Shown here piece by piece: positions 61,813-64,000 of a DNA stretch of 64,000 bases. Position numbers and translations under genes: made by a program. The notes under the pieces were generated by a model. It did no database searches and was not told the origin of the DNA. It saw only the letters and a list, made by a program, of their open reading frames with translations. The stretch is from Podarcis muralis (Eukaryota): NCBI RefSeq assembly GCF_964188315.1, contig NC_135657.1, forward strand, positions 52,824,001 to 52,888,000, given 5' to 3'. Numbering within the stretch: the first letter of the stretch is position 1; each line of letters begins with the position of its first letter.

Positions 61813-62567
61813 TGTGAGCGGGAGACGATCCCGCGTCATGCAGGGGGCATTATGCCCCCTGCCCTATCCTCATGGCTGGCGCGCCACGCCCCCTGTTGGG
61901 CACCCAACCGGGAGGCTCAGAGGGGGCGTGATTTGCTGCTCAAATTCAGGCGTGCCAGCCATTCTGCCTCATTGAGCTCACTTTTCACCTCGAGTCACCC
62001 ACCCACCACTCCCTTTAGGGCTTAGCTTTTCTACTGACTTTGCTATGGACCTATGGTTGGTCGCCCTGGTTGCCCAGGGGGGCTGGTAGGAATTTTTTCC
62101 AACTGGCAAATTGGCACCGGCCTTTTGGTTTTTTTCGCCTACTTCGTAGCAATCATCACAACTTTCTTGGTATTTGGTGGTTAGGCATTGGAATGTGTTG
62201 TTGGTGTGTGGAAGGGCAAGGTGTGACCATCGCCTACCCCTTCATTTTGGGTATTCCGTTAAAGGAATCCAGCAGTCGTGGATCCTGTCCGATGCCTGTG
62301 TGGCGGGGGGGCCATGACACGACCCTCGGTGACATCAGGGGAGAGTTGTATTAGCATCAACAGGCTCCCCCGACTGGTGGTTAACCCCTCTTCAGACTCA
62401 CCCCTCTCCGAGTGGGTGGAGACAAATCTTCCGTGAACCAATGCCTAAGCCAATACCTTCTCACATGCTGTAATCAATAAAGTTGTGGCCTTTTCCTGCC
62501 CATTAACCTTACATTCTGTGTCCATGTGTCTTTATTCCCCAAGCGGGGATCGGGTCCTCGAATCACA
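61813..62567 (+). mobile_element. Probable solo LTR (~755 bp)
   Basis: TGTGA...TCACA termini with further imperfect terminal complementarity; AATAAA at 62476-62481; CpG-richer than flanks; TSD weak (GGTGT/AGTGC). Confidence 0.5.
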
Positions 62568-63026
62568 AGTGCTCAGCTGCAGGCAGAAAGCCTGCCATGT
62601 GCAAGACCTTTGCAAAAATAAAACTAAATGGCAATCTGTACATTGAGGCATGCTTCAGATAACGACATGCATCCCTGAAGCTGCCATGTCCTTTTGAAGA
62701 GGCTGTCCTTGTGGTTACTACCCACATGTAGAGCACAAGTCAGAACTGGGTTGCCAGGTCTGATTCTGCCCTGTGGTTTGGGTAGTTATGATTGAAATCT
62801 GGGTGGATTTCTAAGGAGTTTTTCTTTATACAATTCTTTCCCCTGACTCTTCCCATCTCTAGTATGTTTTACTAGTTTTCTTTTCCGGCCTGCTTCCCAG
62901 TACATTAATTAATCTTTTCAGTAAATAGAAACTGTCAACACATCTGGCAGAATATACTTGCCCAGAAAAAGTGAAACCTTTGCTTCCTCTTAACAGCTGC
63001 TCTGCAAAAAGTTAAGATTGTACAGC

Positions 63027-63106
63027 ACAATCCTATGCAGGTTTCCTCGGAAGTAAGCCCTGTGTTCCATGCAACTTACTTCGTAGTAAGTGTGTTTAGG
63101 ATTGCA
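63027..63106. mobile_element. ~80-bp hairpin-type short repeat
   Basis: CAATCCTA...TAGGATTG ends. Related copies at ~2268-2330, ~20205-20320 and ~32843-32925. Confidence 0.55.
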
Positions 63107-64000
63107 GGATTAATTTCTCATTTAAGCACAAAATACGGTGCTGGATTATTCTTTGAAGCATGTTTTCTTCTTGACAATGGGGTGGGGGGGGGGACAGAAA
63201 GGGACAGAGAAGATATATGTAAGAACTTGTTTCTTTTCAAAAATCCTATTTCTGAAAGATAATAAATTAAGCCATATTTGTCTGAAGGTTCATCCACACT
63301 TCCACTTGTTCCATGCTTAGAAAGAATGAGTCAGAGCAGTTTCCCTCTTGCCCTCTCCTTTCTCAGGGAAAACCTGCTCTTTAGCGATAAATTGGAACAA
63401 ATGGCAATCCGCAGACAACCCAAATTGCTGTTTGCTCCAATTGAGCGCTAAAGAGCAGTTTTCCCCAGGGGAAAGCAACCAGACAAGAGGAAGTGTGGAT
63501 AAGCCCTCAGACTCCACCAAACTGAAGACAGTTGGAAATAACATTCCCTGACACAGGGCTGGCCCTATTATTAAGTAGAGTGAGGCACCCTGCCAAACTC
63601 CACCACAATCGCGTTCTCCCAACCACCTTCCATAAACTCCAACTCACCACAGCAATGGTCAGTGCAAGGGCTTTTGGGATTGCAATTGCAAAGGCTCATG
63701 GGATTGCTAGGCACTGTTTTTGTGCCTTTTCTGACCTTTTTGCGCTCTTTTAGGGCCATTTTTAAATTCAGTTCTGGGTTCAACATGATGCACGTAAGCC
63801 CAGTTGTGCACATATTGCATGTGCGTAAATGGCAGTGGTGTCGCCTGTATTCAACGTTGCTTCAGGCAGACCCCTTTTTTCCTTAAAGCAATATAAGTGA
63901 AAAAAGCCAGGATCCAAACAATTAGCAATAAAACACTCCATCCTATGCTCATGAGATCTATGACCATACTTGCATTGCTAAGCTTTAAAGCAAGAGTTCA

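Overview
Vertebrate genomic DNA, almost certainly from a squamate reptile (probably a lizard), judged from Sauria SINE, RTE/Bov-B, CR1, L2, L1 and Penelope-like repeats. Two complete spliced genes lie in tandem on the + strand. WTAP (m6A-writer subunit) has a CpG-island promoter at ~4.4-5.5 kb, 7 coding exons at 9403-23265 giving 398 aa, and two alternative short 3' ends after coding exon 5. SOD2 (mitochondrial MnSOD) has a CpG island at ~28.1-28.8 kb and 5 coding exons at 28470-37946 giving 228 aa. All exon boundaries were read by hand and are GT-AG with matching phases. I recognise no protein-coding gene in 38-64 kb, which is a mosaic of LINE fragments, SINEs, MITEs, microsatellites and a probable solo LTR. 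Most notable observations: (1) a 233-bp Penelope-like insertion with a 13-bp TSD, forming a perfect 96-bp-arm palindrome that carries a hammerhead-ribozyme-like core on each strand; (2) an exact 41-bp inverted templated insertion into a CR1, copied from 1.8 kb away; (3) a WTAP alternative last exon whose frame appears to run about 40 codons past the mammalian stop; (4) a spliced WTAP uORF whose stop overlaps the main ATG; (5) a candidate 71-nt 5' intron in SOD2; (6) SINEs with three different tRNA heads on one CR1 tail; (7) the head-to-tail WTAP-SOD2 arrangement. Comparisons with human or chicken sequences are from memory and need confirming by alignment.
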